DNA of 64,000 bases. Origin: Patellaria atrata CBS 101060 (lineage: Eukaryota). A model generated the notes under the pieces. The model was not told the origin of the DNA. It saw nothing but the letters and a program-made list of their open reading frames with translations, and searched no databases. Every line of letters starts with the position of its first letter. Positions within the stretch are counted from its first letter, which is position 1. The stretch covers positions 992,001 to 1,056,000 of the forward strand of contig MU006095.1 in NCBI GenBank assembly GCA_010093705.1, written 5' to 3'. Positions 1 through 13,377 of this stretch are shown here, piece after piece. The translations under genes were made by a program, and so were the position numbers.

Positions 1-129
1 ACGTGGCCTTTATACCATATTAGCTCGATTGATCAAGAAAGAAACTGTACAAAAGCATTGTGTCACAAGAGGCTCTTACAGGATAATACTCCTCGTAAAG
101 ATCCTGTCATGAAACATAATAGTGAATTA

Positions 130-3100
130 TCACTGTCTTGGAGACCTATCGTGGAATTAGTACCTTTTCCAAAGCTTGGAAATTTGGATTTAGATTAACT
201 CACGTAGGCGAGTAGGTGGGACTAGTGGGGCTCCACCTTGGACTACTATTGCTTCCTTGATTCGGACTGGTAGGGCTATACCGAGGGCTCGTCGGCGAAT
301 ACTGATTTTGTGCCGGACTCGTGGGACTGTAGACCGGGCTGGTCGGGCTATAACTCGGACTCGTAGGGCTTGTTGGGCTGCGCCTATCGCTACCTGCCCC
401 GAATTGAGGGGAAGTAGGACTGTACATTGGTGAGGTCGGGCTATATGCCGGAGAGGTAGGAGAGTAGTGAGGTGAAGTTGCGCCACGATGTGCCGGTGAA
501 GTAGGGGAATAGCTTGGAGACGTTGGAGAGTAAGACGGTGATGTTGGAGAATATGATGGCGACGTGGGGGAATAAGAAGGAGATGTCGGAGATCCACCAG
601 CTGCGTAAGCAGGAGATGTCGGAGAGTAAGTGGGGGAAGTCGGCGTGTATGCGGGGCTAGACGGTGAGAAAGCAGGAGAGCTGGCCCCGAAGCGCGGGCT
701 CGTCATGCTCATACCCGGAGAGGTGGGAGAGTAGCCAGGTGAAGATGGTGAATAACCAGGAGAAGTTGGACTTGTACCGCTGAAAGGAGACGTTGGGGCA
801 TAGCCAGGACTACGACCGCCAGAGTATGGGCTTAGCCCGCCATCGAACGAGCCACCACCATAAGCGGTTAGTCCGCCAGTATCGTCGCCCGTAGCATGAA
901 CCATTGGAGAGAAAGCGGCACCATAGTCGGGACCACCAAAGCCACCTTCTGCCATTGGAGAGCCAAGAGCGTACGGGGTGCTGGCACCGGGGTCTGACGC
1001 TCTTACAGCAACGCCCATTCCAGGTGCAAGACCGAAGCGAGCATTGTCGGTGGTAATCGTATCGAGCATCTTCTGGTCCAAGGTGAGATCGAATTCGCCA
1101 GTACCCAAAGGTGCAAGTTGGCCCAACATAATGTTCTCCGAAATACCCCGGCAATCGTCTAGTTCACCGAAACCAGCAGCTTCGTAAAGAATCTCTACCG
1201 TCTCTTCGAATGAACAGCGCATCAAAGCACCTGTTTCGGCTCTGTTAATGCCGTGACGGGTAACAGCCATGAGATATCCACGAGCGGTCATAACATCTAC
1301 TAGAAGTGCAATGTGACGGTGGTTGACATATGAGCCGTCAAAGGATAAGACCATAGTTAACTCTCGCATGAGACCAGCACGGCAGGCCTCGATGCCGAAA
1401 ACCTCCAAGACATCCAAGAAGGAGTTAGAATAAATCCTATAAGGATTGACTCCTGGAATAGAGATGACGTCCGCGATGGCAGTGCCTTGAGTATCCAGAT
1501 ACCATTCCTTACACAAGGGATCGGACTTCCCTTTCTTGAGTGAGCCATCTTCGTCAATCCTGAGACGGGTTGTTTCATTCAAGAATGCACGCTCAACCCC
1601 CTTAATGCCACGGAGTGTGAGACTATCAAGAATGTGCATCTGAAGAGCTTTAAGGTTGGTCTGGAAGTCGGTGTCATCTTCCGCGTCCTTGGACCCTTCT
1701 TCTGGCATCATCATCCGCACACGTATAACAAGCTCGTCCGCATTATTATCGCTGAAGATGATCGCAAGAGTGGTTTTGAATGCCCGCTTGATGATCATAG
1801 CAACCTCTGAGACTTCAATATTCTTGTCCAACAATTTTCGACGGTTGAGGACGATACGTAGAAGCCACTTGGACTGACGATCGATAGAGTCCATATTATC
1901 TTCCGGAATGATGAAATACGACTCAACCATGTCCACATCAGCTTCAATAGAAGTAGACGTGATATCTGGATCATAATAAATCTCGGTCCGTTCGGTAACA
2001 TCACGTAGCGTCGTGTGTTCTACAATACTACGCAGATTCATGGCACTATCCTTCTCTCGCCAATGTTCATCGTCCTGATAGACAGCCATAGAAGGCGTCT
2101 TGAGGTTGGTAGCAACGTTAAGAATTTCCTTCAAGCGAGGTACACCGAGGGTGACGTTCTTAGAAGATACACCGGCAAAATGGAAGGTGTTCAATGTCAT
2201 CTGCGTAGCTGGCTCACCAATGGATTGAGCAGCTAGAACACCGACCATTTCACCAGCGCTGACAGCAGCTCTAGCAAAGCGGGTTTCGATGTCACCTAAG
2301 ATATTGTCCAAGGCAAGTTTGTTGAGGGAGTATTGTTTTACGAGGCGTTTAAACGCTAGTCGTGACCGCAACTGAGCCTTAAAGAGTTTGGTCGCACTGT
2401 CCTGTGCTTCTATAGAGAGCGGATCATCGCCCCGAATGACTATAAGGCGATCCAGAAGAGCTGAAATTTGAGGAATTACCTCAGACGGGTTGAGATTGCT
2501 TCTGGCACCGTCTTTGATACGGAACTTCGTCCTGGCGGTCTCAATGATGCGCTGAACATTGAGCGGGAGAGCGTATTTGTCCTCATCATTATCCTTAGCT
2601 TCACGAATAAATGCACGATCTTGTGCAAGTGCCTCAAACTCCATGTCTAACAATTGCTGTACTTCATAATTGCCTCTAAGATCATCGGCTCCCTCAAGAA
2701 CGTCATTCGTGAGGGTGAAAGCGGGGTCATTAGACATAACATCGATCTTGAATTTCCTTTCGAACAGGCGGTCAGAAATAATAACGTGGTCGATTTTCTG
2801 TTCCTCGATATAAACAGCATCAAGCCCATCTTCACCATAGACGAATTGGACAATATCGCCCAGTGAATTTCGAACGGTACCATCGTATTTCGTCATTACA
2901 TCTTCCAGAGCCTTGACAAGCCTACGCTGGATATATCCAGTTTCAGCGGTTTTAACTGCTGTGTCAATGAGACCCTCACGACCCGCCATAGCATGAAAGA
3001 AGAATTCATGAGGTGTTAAGCCCCGTAGATACGAGTTCTCTACGAAACCTCTGGACTCGGGTGAATAATCGTCTTTGGTAAAATGTGGGAGGGTTCGATA

Positions 3101-5676
3101 TTTGAAGCCGAAGGGAATACGTTTACCCTCAACAGCTTGCTGACCTACAGTAGCTGTCATTTGAGAAATGTTGATTGGTGTTCCTTTCGATCCAGATCGA
3201 GCCATCTGTACGGCATTGTTGATGTCCTTCAGACCATTCTCGGTACGATTTCCAGCGTTATCACGTGCGGTGTTGAGGGCTTTGGAGACCTTATTTTCGA
3301 AAGTATCACGAAGGTTCATGCCTGGAGAAGCTTGCAGTCTGCTCTGAGTTGCATCTAGGGTGATCCTCTCGACTTCTTCCTTTTGCTCCTCGATCGCCTT
3401 CTTGATCTCGGCTGCGGATTTCTTATCGGGAACTGTGTCACCGATACCGATGCTAAAGCCATTGTGCAACAGCCAGTAGTTGACAACCCGCTGTGCACCA
3501 TTGAAGAAGCTAACCGCAGCTTCCCACCCCTTCTCATTATAGACGATGTGAATTACGCCATTAGACTTAGCGCCAACACTGTTCTTACTGAGAAGCCCAT
3601 ACATGAGCTCACCTCCATGAATACAAAGACCATCATCGTTAACTGGGCACCCTGAAGCAGTGTCTTTCTGGTCCTCTTTGGGCTTCTCTCCTTCTCGCAC
3701 TATATTTAGTCCGCTAGGTAGAATAAGACTGACAATCTGCTTCCCGGTCCAACGGGGACGAGGTTTAACAATAGCGGGTTGAGGGATGACGCCATCCCAG
3801 TCGGGAACCCACAGTAAGATATTCATGACTTGTTCTTTCGACATGAACACATCTCTCCGTGACATCTTATAGATCCCACACAGAGAGTCCTGCACGATAC
3901 CCATGAGAGGAGAATTTCTCTGGGGAGAGACAATGTTGAGAGGAACCATACACAACTCTTTGATCTCAGCCCGAGTCTCTTCACTCTGTGGGACGTGCAA
4001 ATTCATTTCGTCTCCATCGAAATCGGCATTATACGGCGAGGTGACCGACAAGTTTAGCCGGAAAGTTGAGTATGGCAAGACTCGGACTCTGTGACCCATC
4101 ATGGACTCTTTATGTAGAGAAGGTTGCCGATTGAAGATGATGAAATCACCATCAACTATGTGACGCTCGACTTTCCAACCATACTGAAGTGTAATCTCCC
4201 CGATCCTCTTATGATGTCGAAGGTCAATGCGTTGACCACTGTCACGAATCACATACTTAGCCCCCGGGTGTTCATTAGGACCGTTGCGTACCAGCTGATG
4301 CAACTTATCAATGTTATATGGAGTGACAGTCTCTGGATATGTGAGGACCCGGGCAATGCTCCGAGGGACACCGACTTCATCCAATGAGAGGTTGGGGTCG
4401 CCTGTGATGACAGTACGAGCAGAGAAGTCGACACGCTTTCCCATAAGGTTACCCCGCATACGACCTTCTTTACCCTTGAGACGACTACGAATCGTCTTCA
4501 GGGGACGGCCCGACTTTTGCATAGCTTGTGGTTGACCAGCGATGTCATTATCCATGTACGTCGCAACATGATATTGTAGTAATTGCTTGAATTCGTTCAC
4601 GACATGCTGGGGCGATCCTTCCTGCTCACATCGACGGACGTTAGCATTTGCTCGGATTATATCACCAAGCTTGTAAGTAAGATCGTCTTCTCCCCTCATT
4701 CCTTGACCGGTTCCGTCGACTGAGATACTAGGTCGCACGGGTGGTGGAGGAACCGGAAGAACAGTAAGGATCATCCATTCTGGTCTGGCATAGCGGTAAC
4801 TCAGACCCATCTTGCCGATATCTTCGATTGAAATTGTGCGAAAGATGTTCAGAGCATCCTGGGGTTCAATCGGTCGCTTCTCTGGTTGCTTGTTTTCTTC
4901 TTCTTCGTCTCCTTTGATTGGTTTGTATGTAGCAATGAGTTTGAGGCCTTCACGCCGGATAGTAGGGTGTTGATTTCCGCACCCACCGTGGCCCTTCTTT
5001 TTGGTCTCTTTCTGTGGCATGTTTGGATCCATGTCATCCGCAGGTGCATCCATTTCACAGGTGTTCTTTGCTTTGCAAATACGCCAGACCGCATCGAACC
5101 TTCGCTTTGGATCCCGGATTTTGGCGGCTTCTGCGAAGGCGACATTGCTCTATTGGGTATTAGCATTAAAAAGTTGAATTATATCACCACCCGCTGGGTG
5201 ACTAACTTCATCAGATAAAATCTTCCCACAGCTGTGACAAACTGTCTCGAGGATTTTCTTGATCTTGGTGATGAAGCCTAGTGGCACATTTAGTAAGTGG
5301 TCACTTTGCATACTTGTAATGTAAGTATTGCATACCGATGTGAAATACCGGCACTGCTAATTCGATATGCCCGAAATGCCCAGGGCATTCTTGCATATCT
5401 TCACCGCACGTTGCGCAAGAAAATCCACGATCGATTGAGCCAAGCTTTGGGTCATTCAAACCCTTCTCCCGAGGGCGTTGCTTCTGCTCATCCTATCTAT
5501 AAGTTAGCACGATTTGAATCCAACTCCAATCGAATCTTCTTCAATACCATGGTTTCTGGATATTCTATATGTACAACGCTCATGTTCTTAATTTCTTCGG
5601 GTGAGAGAAGCCCAAATTGAATCTCCTGAATTGTGCGCAGCGGCGCGCGCGACTCGGGGAAGAGTAGATTCGCCAT
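130..5676 (-). CDS. RPB1: RNA polymerase II largest subunit (5 exons)
   Basis: ATG at 5676 ([30 protein letters not shown]). Contains the zinc motif [17 protein letters not shown], catalytic NADFDGD and C-terminal YSPTSP heptads. Introns at about 5493-5547, 5279-5335, 5150-5206, plus a terminal intron 146-203 (GTGAGT..CTAAT..TAG) that gives the end ...YSPTSPRQ*. Confidence 0.98.
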
Positions 5677-6533
5677 GATTGTGATATGATCGTCTCTATG
5701 CGCAACTGATTAAACCTAGGACTGTAGTTGCTGCTGCGCGCTAGTCTTTTTGTCAAGTCAATGAGCGGTTTTCCGGACTCGGCGAAAAATCCACCAAAAA
5801 CTACCACACAACAACCTCCCCCGTCCTAACCCCTTCAAATACTGTTTTAACCGTTTTCTGGTGCTCCAAAATTATGCAGATTGTATAGTATCGGATGATG
5901 CTGATGGTGTTGCAGGCGCTCGATGCGCAGGTCGCTCAGCGGCGAAAGTCGATGAAGTGAAATGGTGGCAGCGAGGGTCCAGCACAAGCGATGCCAAGGT
6001 AGTCGGAAGGAATGTAAGCTCACTGTTGATACCTAGATTGACAGCGAGGGTTAGAAAATGGCCTAACGACACGCGATGCCGTCGTGAACGGAGGTTGGAT
6101 GTTGACGTTGTCGAGAGGGATGAGGTTGAAAGAAAGTCGACAACTCGGGCGAAGTTGGAAGGGGATTTGGCCCTTTGGGCGGCAGAACAATGCCAAGGAG
6201 AATACGGCTAGGCAGATGCACTCCTTTCATGTTGCCGCCTCGCTTGATATGGACTAGCGTTAATTCCTGACGAGAGAGCCGCATCAAGATAAAAATAAAA
6301 ATCCATGCAATGCCCAAGATGGAATATGGTTACTACGATCTATGAAGTGACTCTCTTTATTCTCTGTTCAGTGTATCTATTTCTGCGCAACTTGAGCACA
6401 CATGCGAAACCATTCTGATTGCTATTTCAACTGTGTCGCGAACAAAAATGCGCGGTAAACCGAGACATCTACACCCTCCTCCCACCGATACTCCTCTAAA
6501 TTTGTTTATACCTCCGCTGCGCTCATACCTACA

Positions 6534-8178
6534 ATGAACTTACCACTCATCGACCCTTCCGTTCTGGCTTTGGATTGTCCTGATAGATTGACTGGTGAAT
6601 TGCGTAAGGAATAACCCGTAAGGCGATCCGTTGACCCTGTCACTCACAGCTGCTAGGTAGTGGACACTCAACCTGTGTTAGATTCAGTCGGAGGGGTGAC
6701 CTTTTGGCATCTGGCAGGGTGAGTAAAAGCTAAGCATACTGTATAATCTGTCAACATTTGACGCCTCCATAAAGCTCGATGGCACCGTCGTCATCTTCGA
6801 CATTGAGACCAACGGCGTTGCGCGAAAGCTCGCGGGTCACACGCGACACGTGCAATCACTAAGGTACCCAGCACATTGAACACTGTTACATTCTTTCGCA
6901 TCTAATTGACTCAGTTGGTCTTCCGATGGTCGCCACCTCCTCAGTTCATCCCATGATTGGAAATGTGTGTTGTGGGATCTGAAAGACGGTTCTAGACTTC
7001 ATACAGTCAGATTCGAGGCACCTATCTTTATCGCAGAACTTGACCCGACATCACAGTATGCCCAAGTGAGATCTACCTAAGTATTCATACTATTCTAATA
7101 ACGAGAAAGCCTTCACTTTATAGCTGCTATATTCGAGGAGCAACCGCAGCTCATCGACCTCACCACGAAAATTCCCGCTAGATCAACTTTACCATCAGCA
7201 CCTCGAAGGCTTCAACTAGACACAGACGCCGGACACGAAAAACAAGCCGCACAAGATGCAAAACAAACAACTACTGTATCCATATTCTCTACCTCTGGAA
7301 ATCACATTCTGGCTGGGACAAATAAAGGATGGCTAAATATTATCGACAGGAAGACCTGTCAGGTAGTTCACTCGTACCGGCTAACGAATAATATCATAAT
7401 ATTCCTGCGTCTTGGATCTTCTGGACGCGACCTCGTCGTAAACGCCAGTGATAGAATGATCAGGACCTTGCACTTACCCGACCTAGACGATTCCACCCTC
7501 GACGTCGACAATATCCGACTAGAAGTCCAACACAAATTCCAGGATACAATCAGCCGATTAGCTTGGAACTACTGCTCTTTCAGCTCAACAGGCGAATATG
7601 TGACAGCATCATCAAGTCAAAATCATGAGTTACGCGTATGGGAAACAAGGGACCGTGGTAGTTTGATAACTATTTTGGAAGGGCCGGAAGAACTCTCGGT
7701 TGTCGAGTGGCATCCTCGTCGGCCAATTATCGCTGCAGTTGGTACTGACAGTGGCCGGGTGTATATCTGGAGTATCGTAACGCCACAACGTTGGTCTGCC
7801 CTTGCACCAGACTTTGTAGAGGTTGAAGAGAATGTTGAATATGTTGAACGTGAAGATGAGTTCGATATACAACCTATAGAAGAGACACATAAAAGACGCT
7901 TAGAACTCGAGGATGATGATGTCGACGTCCTGACGTACGGACCGTTGAAACCAGAGTTTGAGGAAGGAGAATTCAAGATGCCGGTGTTGCTAGATATTGA
8001 TGACACTGATAGTGAAGATGAGGTTGTCGAGGTCGGTACGGGCCAGTTCAGACGAAAAAGCCCAGGAAGGGGTAAAGAGTGGATGAACGACGAGGAAGTG
8101 CCAAGCGGTGATGAAACACGACGAGCAGTGAACGGAGGAAGAGGACACAATGGAGCGAAAAGGCGCAGGGCGGAATGA
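6534..8178 (+). CDS. SWD1: COMPASS/Set1 complex WD40 subunit Swd1 (RBBP5 orthologue)
   Basis: Spliced N-terminus MNLPLIDP..LRSGHSTCVRFSRRGDLLASGRLDGTVVIFDIETNGVARKLAGH, and the conserved WSALAPDFVEVEENVEYVEREDEFD motif. Four short introns between 6604 and 7109. Confidence 0.93.
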
Positions 8179-9263
8179 AATATGTGGTCGCACAAGTCCG
8201 AAACAGAGTTAATACACACTTTTATAACCAAAACCGCGCTACGTTCACGATAGTCACTAAACGCAATCGGTAGTACAACGGACGGGAAGTTTGACAGGTT
8301 GTGAACTTAGGTAACAGTAGGATATCTCATTGTCAGCCGTTGAGTTAACCCAATATCAATCACTTATAATAACTAGTGCTCTCCTGTTATCTCCTCTATC
8401 TACCGTTACTATCCTTTCGTCGGTCATAACATTCCCGCCAACTCACACTCTCGCTTTCAAGGTGCTTTTCGCTTTCTAGACAATGTCGAAAACATGCGAA
8501 GAACGCCTGTCCGTACCTGTGACTGGCTCGTATATATAATAGGCATCAATTCTCAATCCAAAATCACCGGTCCGCTAGTAGCTGTTTGATTGAGCGCAGA
8601 GACGTGAAGGATTGTTAAACGTGACTGAAGAGCTAATATCCCCTGTAGGGCCAAAGTTCAATGTAGACTATTGTCCATTGCTGCTGATGCTGATACGCCC
8701 GCAATGTACCCGTTAAAGCAAGTTTGAGAAAAGATCCTGAATGCTTTAGGGTTGTTCTTTCTTTGTACCTATGCGGTGTTTAGAATAAAGACAATATGTT
8801 TGCATACTTGAAGGTCTTCCGTTTCTAGTAATCGTTACCAAATGATGGGGCTGACAAAGAAAGTGATCGAACAACAAATCTGGAGTAAAACAACAAAGCG
8901 AAACAATAGTATCCTTTTTCATGCTATTCTCCGCCTGTTCTACTTGTAACTTCTTCTCCTCACCTCGAAACTCGATACTACATCTATACGCGAGAGCCCT
9001 TTACTTATCGTTAGCGGTCATCATCAGGTATATCATACCATAAGAGGTGGCGTCCCCCGAGGTGTACAACAATAGCTTTGACGAGGCAAGACTGGAACCT
9101 GGCGCTTGATTCAATCATGGTGATGTCCTTTGATGATTGGCAGGCAAAGGAGGCCGAGAGACTCTTGGTATCACACCACTATAGATGGCTTTGGTGTAAG
9201 CAAACTAATTGCTCGCCCTCTTCCTTTAGCGCTAACAATTGAATCAAGCCACATGTATGAAAC

Positions 9264-11936
9264 ATGCGGGCAAGGAAAAAAAAGCAATATAATGAATACG
9301 TTAAGGCCGAAGAAGAAAAAGAGGCCAAACAGGCGGCCGAACAAGCGGCCAAAATAAGACGGAAGGCGAAACAAGCAGACAAAAAATCGCCAGTGGCTGA
9401 ACAAGAGGAATTAAGAAAACGACAGGCAGAACTCGAGGCTATAAGAAGACAAGAGGCCGAACGAGAGGCTGAAAACGCTGAATTAGACCAACAGCCAGAC
9501 ATCCAGACATATGCTGGAGAAGAAGTGGAATTTAATGGCCTACATAGACAACCCACTGTTGAAGATGGGGTACCGGAAGTCCATAATGTCTCCGAATCTA
9601 TCCGATTAGCAAGGGGATCATACGAGAAGTTTGATCCGCCTATATCAGTGTGGATAGGATATCCATGGGCGGAAGGGACCGGCGCTAGTGCAACAGTAAC
9701 GCGGTGGAAGAAGGTAGATAATGAAGGCAATGTGGTGGATGTAAGTGCAAGCACTTTTCTAACATTCCACCTCCCGCCGACGCACGTTTGGTACTCTTCA
9801 GTTGCTGTGCGCATAGTGTACGTGTACTGGAGCATTGCCGATTCCGGCTTGTAATGAGACCCCATCGTTTCGTACGGCGAACTCAGAAATCTTCTTCACA
9901 AGTGCGTACAGTGAGCTAGAGGTATCATGATAGCGGAAGAAATCCTAAACCCCGTTCCAACTAGGCTATGTAATTCAACTAATTGACATGCTACTTAGGC
10001 CATAGTGATGAAAGACTCTCATCAGTTCTCAAAATATGCACCTCCCAGCGATCGTTGGTATGGAATCTTTATAGAGGAGTATTCAGATAATATACCAAAC
10101 GAACCACACTTTCATTATACCCTTAACGAGTAATACCTCCCCAGCACTACGCATATCATCAAATTACGCGGCTACCGCGTGTATCACTGGCACAAACTGA
10201 GGCTATACCTCGATTGTGCTCCTTATAGAGATTTGCCTGATCTCTGGAGATCATACACTAATAGAAGAGAAGAAGGGTTGCACGATCGATTAATACCCTA
10301 CCAATTCATTGCATACGTTTTCATCGCTTTAGCAGAAGCGTGTATAGCCATGGAGAATATCCAATTGGCGGCGCCAAATGAACGGGTCATACACCTAGAC
10401 CTAAAACCTGACAATATCTTCCTTACGCGATCACGAACCGATAGGTTTTGCTTCATAAGTCACGCTTCCAGGCTTTATTGAAGTACATTTCTGACCGTAG
10501 GTAGTATCCAACTCCAAAAATCGGCGACTTTGGAGTAGCACGTCTTAAAATGTTAAAAACCGTAGGAGAAGAAGTTAATTTCGGGGAAGATATAGGAACG
10601 GATGGCTATAAACCTCCTGTAAGTTTCACTTTCTCAACTAGTTCTTTGTTCTCAAACCCCCAACCTCATTCTCTACATATCTATCATCTCTTCTTTTGGC
10701 ACAATTGGGAGTTTCTGTTCTGTACGCTCCTATACATTATCAGATGACGCCCAATGTCAAAGATCCAGAGCGTCTATTTCAAACCATGTACGGTATAGCG
10801 CACGTCCACCTTGACTACTCTACGAACTCAGACATCCTTAGCAGCACAGGTGGTTGGGAACCCTCAAACTAAGAGCAAAACGTACAGTAGCCTAAGAGCG
10901 CTACGATACATTAAGAGGAGGAAGAGATCAAATAGGCTTTCTTCGACATTCTTCTAACCACTTTAACTAGAAACTGCGCCCGTGGCCCGTGTTGCCCACA
11001 GCACTCCAAGGTGAAATGAACAAACCTCTCAATCCCTCCCACGATGTATATTCGATAGGTGTCATTATCTGGTACCTCATTGAACAATGGGATTTTCGGA
11101 CCATCGGCTTACCGCTGGAGCACTACGACGAAAGCCATCCCAAGGTCCTGCACGATGCAGGAGAGGACGGTACAGGTAAATTCTTTACAAACCATCCAGA
11201 CGCCGACTCAAAAATTTATGGGAACCCCCTCCAAGTCTCTTCACAGAGGAATGACCCCCGCGTCATGGAAATGGCGGAGCTCGTGCGCCGCTGTCTTAGG
11301 CCGAGGCCCGAGGAGAGACCCACCCTAATTGAATTAAAGGAACGGCTAGAGAAAATTGTCTTTTAAGAGGGGTGGGATGAAAGTGATATACTTCGATGGT
11401 GCTGGCTACGTAATGATACAGAAGTTTTCCCGGCTAAATTATATTGCTGAAGGTACTACCGCGAGCGTCAAGCGCTTGAGCGCAATCCAAATGATTTTAA
11501 TGTCCAGAGAAATGATGACGATGACCAAAACGGAGGTGGAGGTAGAGGCGTAGGTGGGCTTGGTAAGACAAGTGGAGACGAACAACCTAGATATGGAGAC
11601 CCTTCTGGCCTCCCTAACTATGAAGAAGATGACGACCCTGACAATAACGACAATAACAATAACGCCGGGTTCGGCGCCAGACCCGTCAACCGAGACAGTA
11701 GATCGGAGCCCTCGAACGGCGCAAATCACAGAACTAGCCGCACATCCTCCAAGCGGCCTTCCCGCGGAGGGGATGAATCACAACATGTTAGGAAAAGTTC
11801 TCGAATTGAGGAAGCGCATAGTACGATTGGCTCAACAGCAACAGCTGGAGCTCAAGAATCTGGGCCTGTCTCTAACGGCCCACCAAGGAAAAATTCGTTT
11901 GAAACTTCGGTTACCGCGACAGAGGTAAGGATATGA
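9264..11936 (+). pseudogene. Fungal Ser/Thr protein kinase, apparently disabled
   Basis: Kinase motifs occur in order across exons: EGTGASATVTRW, IVMK, HLDLKPDNIFL, IGDFG, GTDGYKPP, DVYSIG, CLRPRPEERP. In-frame stops at 10131 (TAA), 11364 (TAA) and 11448 (TGA). The intron donor at 10455 reads ATAAGT. The 5' end is uncertain; a further exon may lie at about 9015-9195. Confidence 0.75.
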
Positions 11937-12300
11937 ACAGTGAGTGTTTTCAACGGTATATTTGTTGAGATTGAGAATCATGGGATTAAGTTACGGGAAG
12001 CTTGTTGTTTTGCTGACATGGGCTTTTGATGTTTGATTTTCTATTTTGAGTCTTTAATTTCTCAAGCCATTAAGAGGACGTGTGGGTAGACATTCTGTAT
12101 GACACTGTAGGAAAACTGATATCAAGATTATAACTGAATGTTCAACCATAATATTAAAACTGCAACCCGTGATAGTATGTGGTAACTTTATAACCATTAA
12201 GTGGAGCATGTGCCATATATCCTCTTTTCTCTTGGAGAGGATCCTATCCCTAGTATAACTAAGCTATTTATTCCTTTGAGGCCAGTCTTACGGGGTTAAT

Positions 12301-12380
12301 ACCTTGGGTATTCTCTGGACACTTTGGGTATTCTCTGGACACTTTGGGTATTCTCTGGACACTTTGGGTACTCTCTGGAC
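12301..12380. repeat. Minisatellite, 4 x 20 bp (ACTTTGGGTATTCTCTGGAC)
   Basis: Four tandem copies read directly; the first and last each differ by 1 nt. Confidence 0.97.
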
Positions 12381-12460
12381 GCTAATATGACAGTTCTAAC
12401 CCTATGGAAGTAGGTACGGTTTGTAGTCTCCAACACATGGGTGATGGATCAATTCATATA

Positions 12461-13377
12461 TCATAGTAGAAGTTCCTCTTCCTCCTCTTCCTCAGCGTTC
12501 ATTACCTTCTCAATAAGCTGTAAAGTCGCTCTGATCGGTAATCCAATAACGTTGTCAAAAGTGCCTTCGATCCTCTCAATCAGGATCGAACCAATGCCTT
12601 GTGCTCCGTACCCACCAGCTTTATCTGCACCTTCCCTTGTCTTGACGTAGGCAAGTATTAATTCGTCAGTTACTAATGATCTCATTAGCGGGGATTTAGA
12701 AGCCATGTTAATATTAACCTACTGTTTGGATCAAACCTGACAGCAGTTTCCTCTACATGTGTTTCAAGCGCATAGCCGGGATCTTTCGCGCTCTCCAATG
12801 GTGTCATACACGCAACTGCTGTGTATACCTTATGAACACCAGTATCTCTTAAAGCGGTTAACATAGTAATGTGCTCCTTTTCAGACCTCGGCTTCTCCAG
12901 TATATCCCCGAAATGTGAGACTACGACAGTATCGGCCGCAATTATCAAGGCTGGTTCCCCTCGGTTTGTATTATTAATCTCGCGCTCATATACAGTCAAA
13001 GCTTTTTGAGTTGCAGTCTGCAAGACGTACTCGAATGGCGCTAGCGATTTAGAGAGGTTCTCTTCGAAAGTGGAAGGGATTATCTCGACATTGGTTAATC
13101 CTATCTGGGCAATGTATCAATTAGTATATAGCAACGGTAATAGAGAATTCTGACGGTAAATTCGCACTTGGCCAAGAAGTTGCTTCCGCCTTGGAGATGC
13201 TGATGCGAGGATAACTCGCTTCCCCCGCAACATATTCAGTATTGGAAGAGCAAGAGGTAGAGGTAGACGCGGTCCGGATGGTCGCGGAGCAGCCGAAGAC
13301 ATTGCTCCTGGTTGGCTAGCTATTTCATAAGATGGCGGGTCTTCTGAAGCCGTCGAGGGCACTTTTCCATCCGCCAT
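12461..13377 (-). CDS. Maf-like nucleoside triphosphate pyrophosphatase
   Basis: Maf motifs [19 protein letters not shown]-like segment, [23 protein letters not shown] and NVIGLP, spread over 3 exons. Confidence 0.92.

Noticed and set aside
190..4535. Many short ORFs overlapping RPB1 on both strands
   Set aside because: Alternative-frame or antisense shadows of a conserved CDS; the 190-597 ORF reflects the heptad repeats.
11356..11928. ORF-track entries 11356-11553 and 11554-11928 as separate genes
   Set aside because: Non-ATG starts; a different frame is the natural continuation of the kinase tail.
12301..12380. Direct repeats as a CRISPR array
   Set aside because: No spacers, eukaryotic context, no cas genes.
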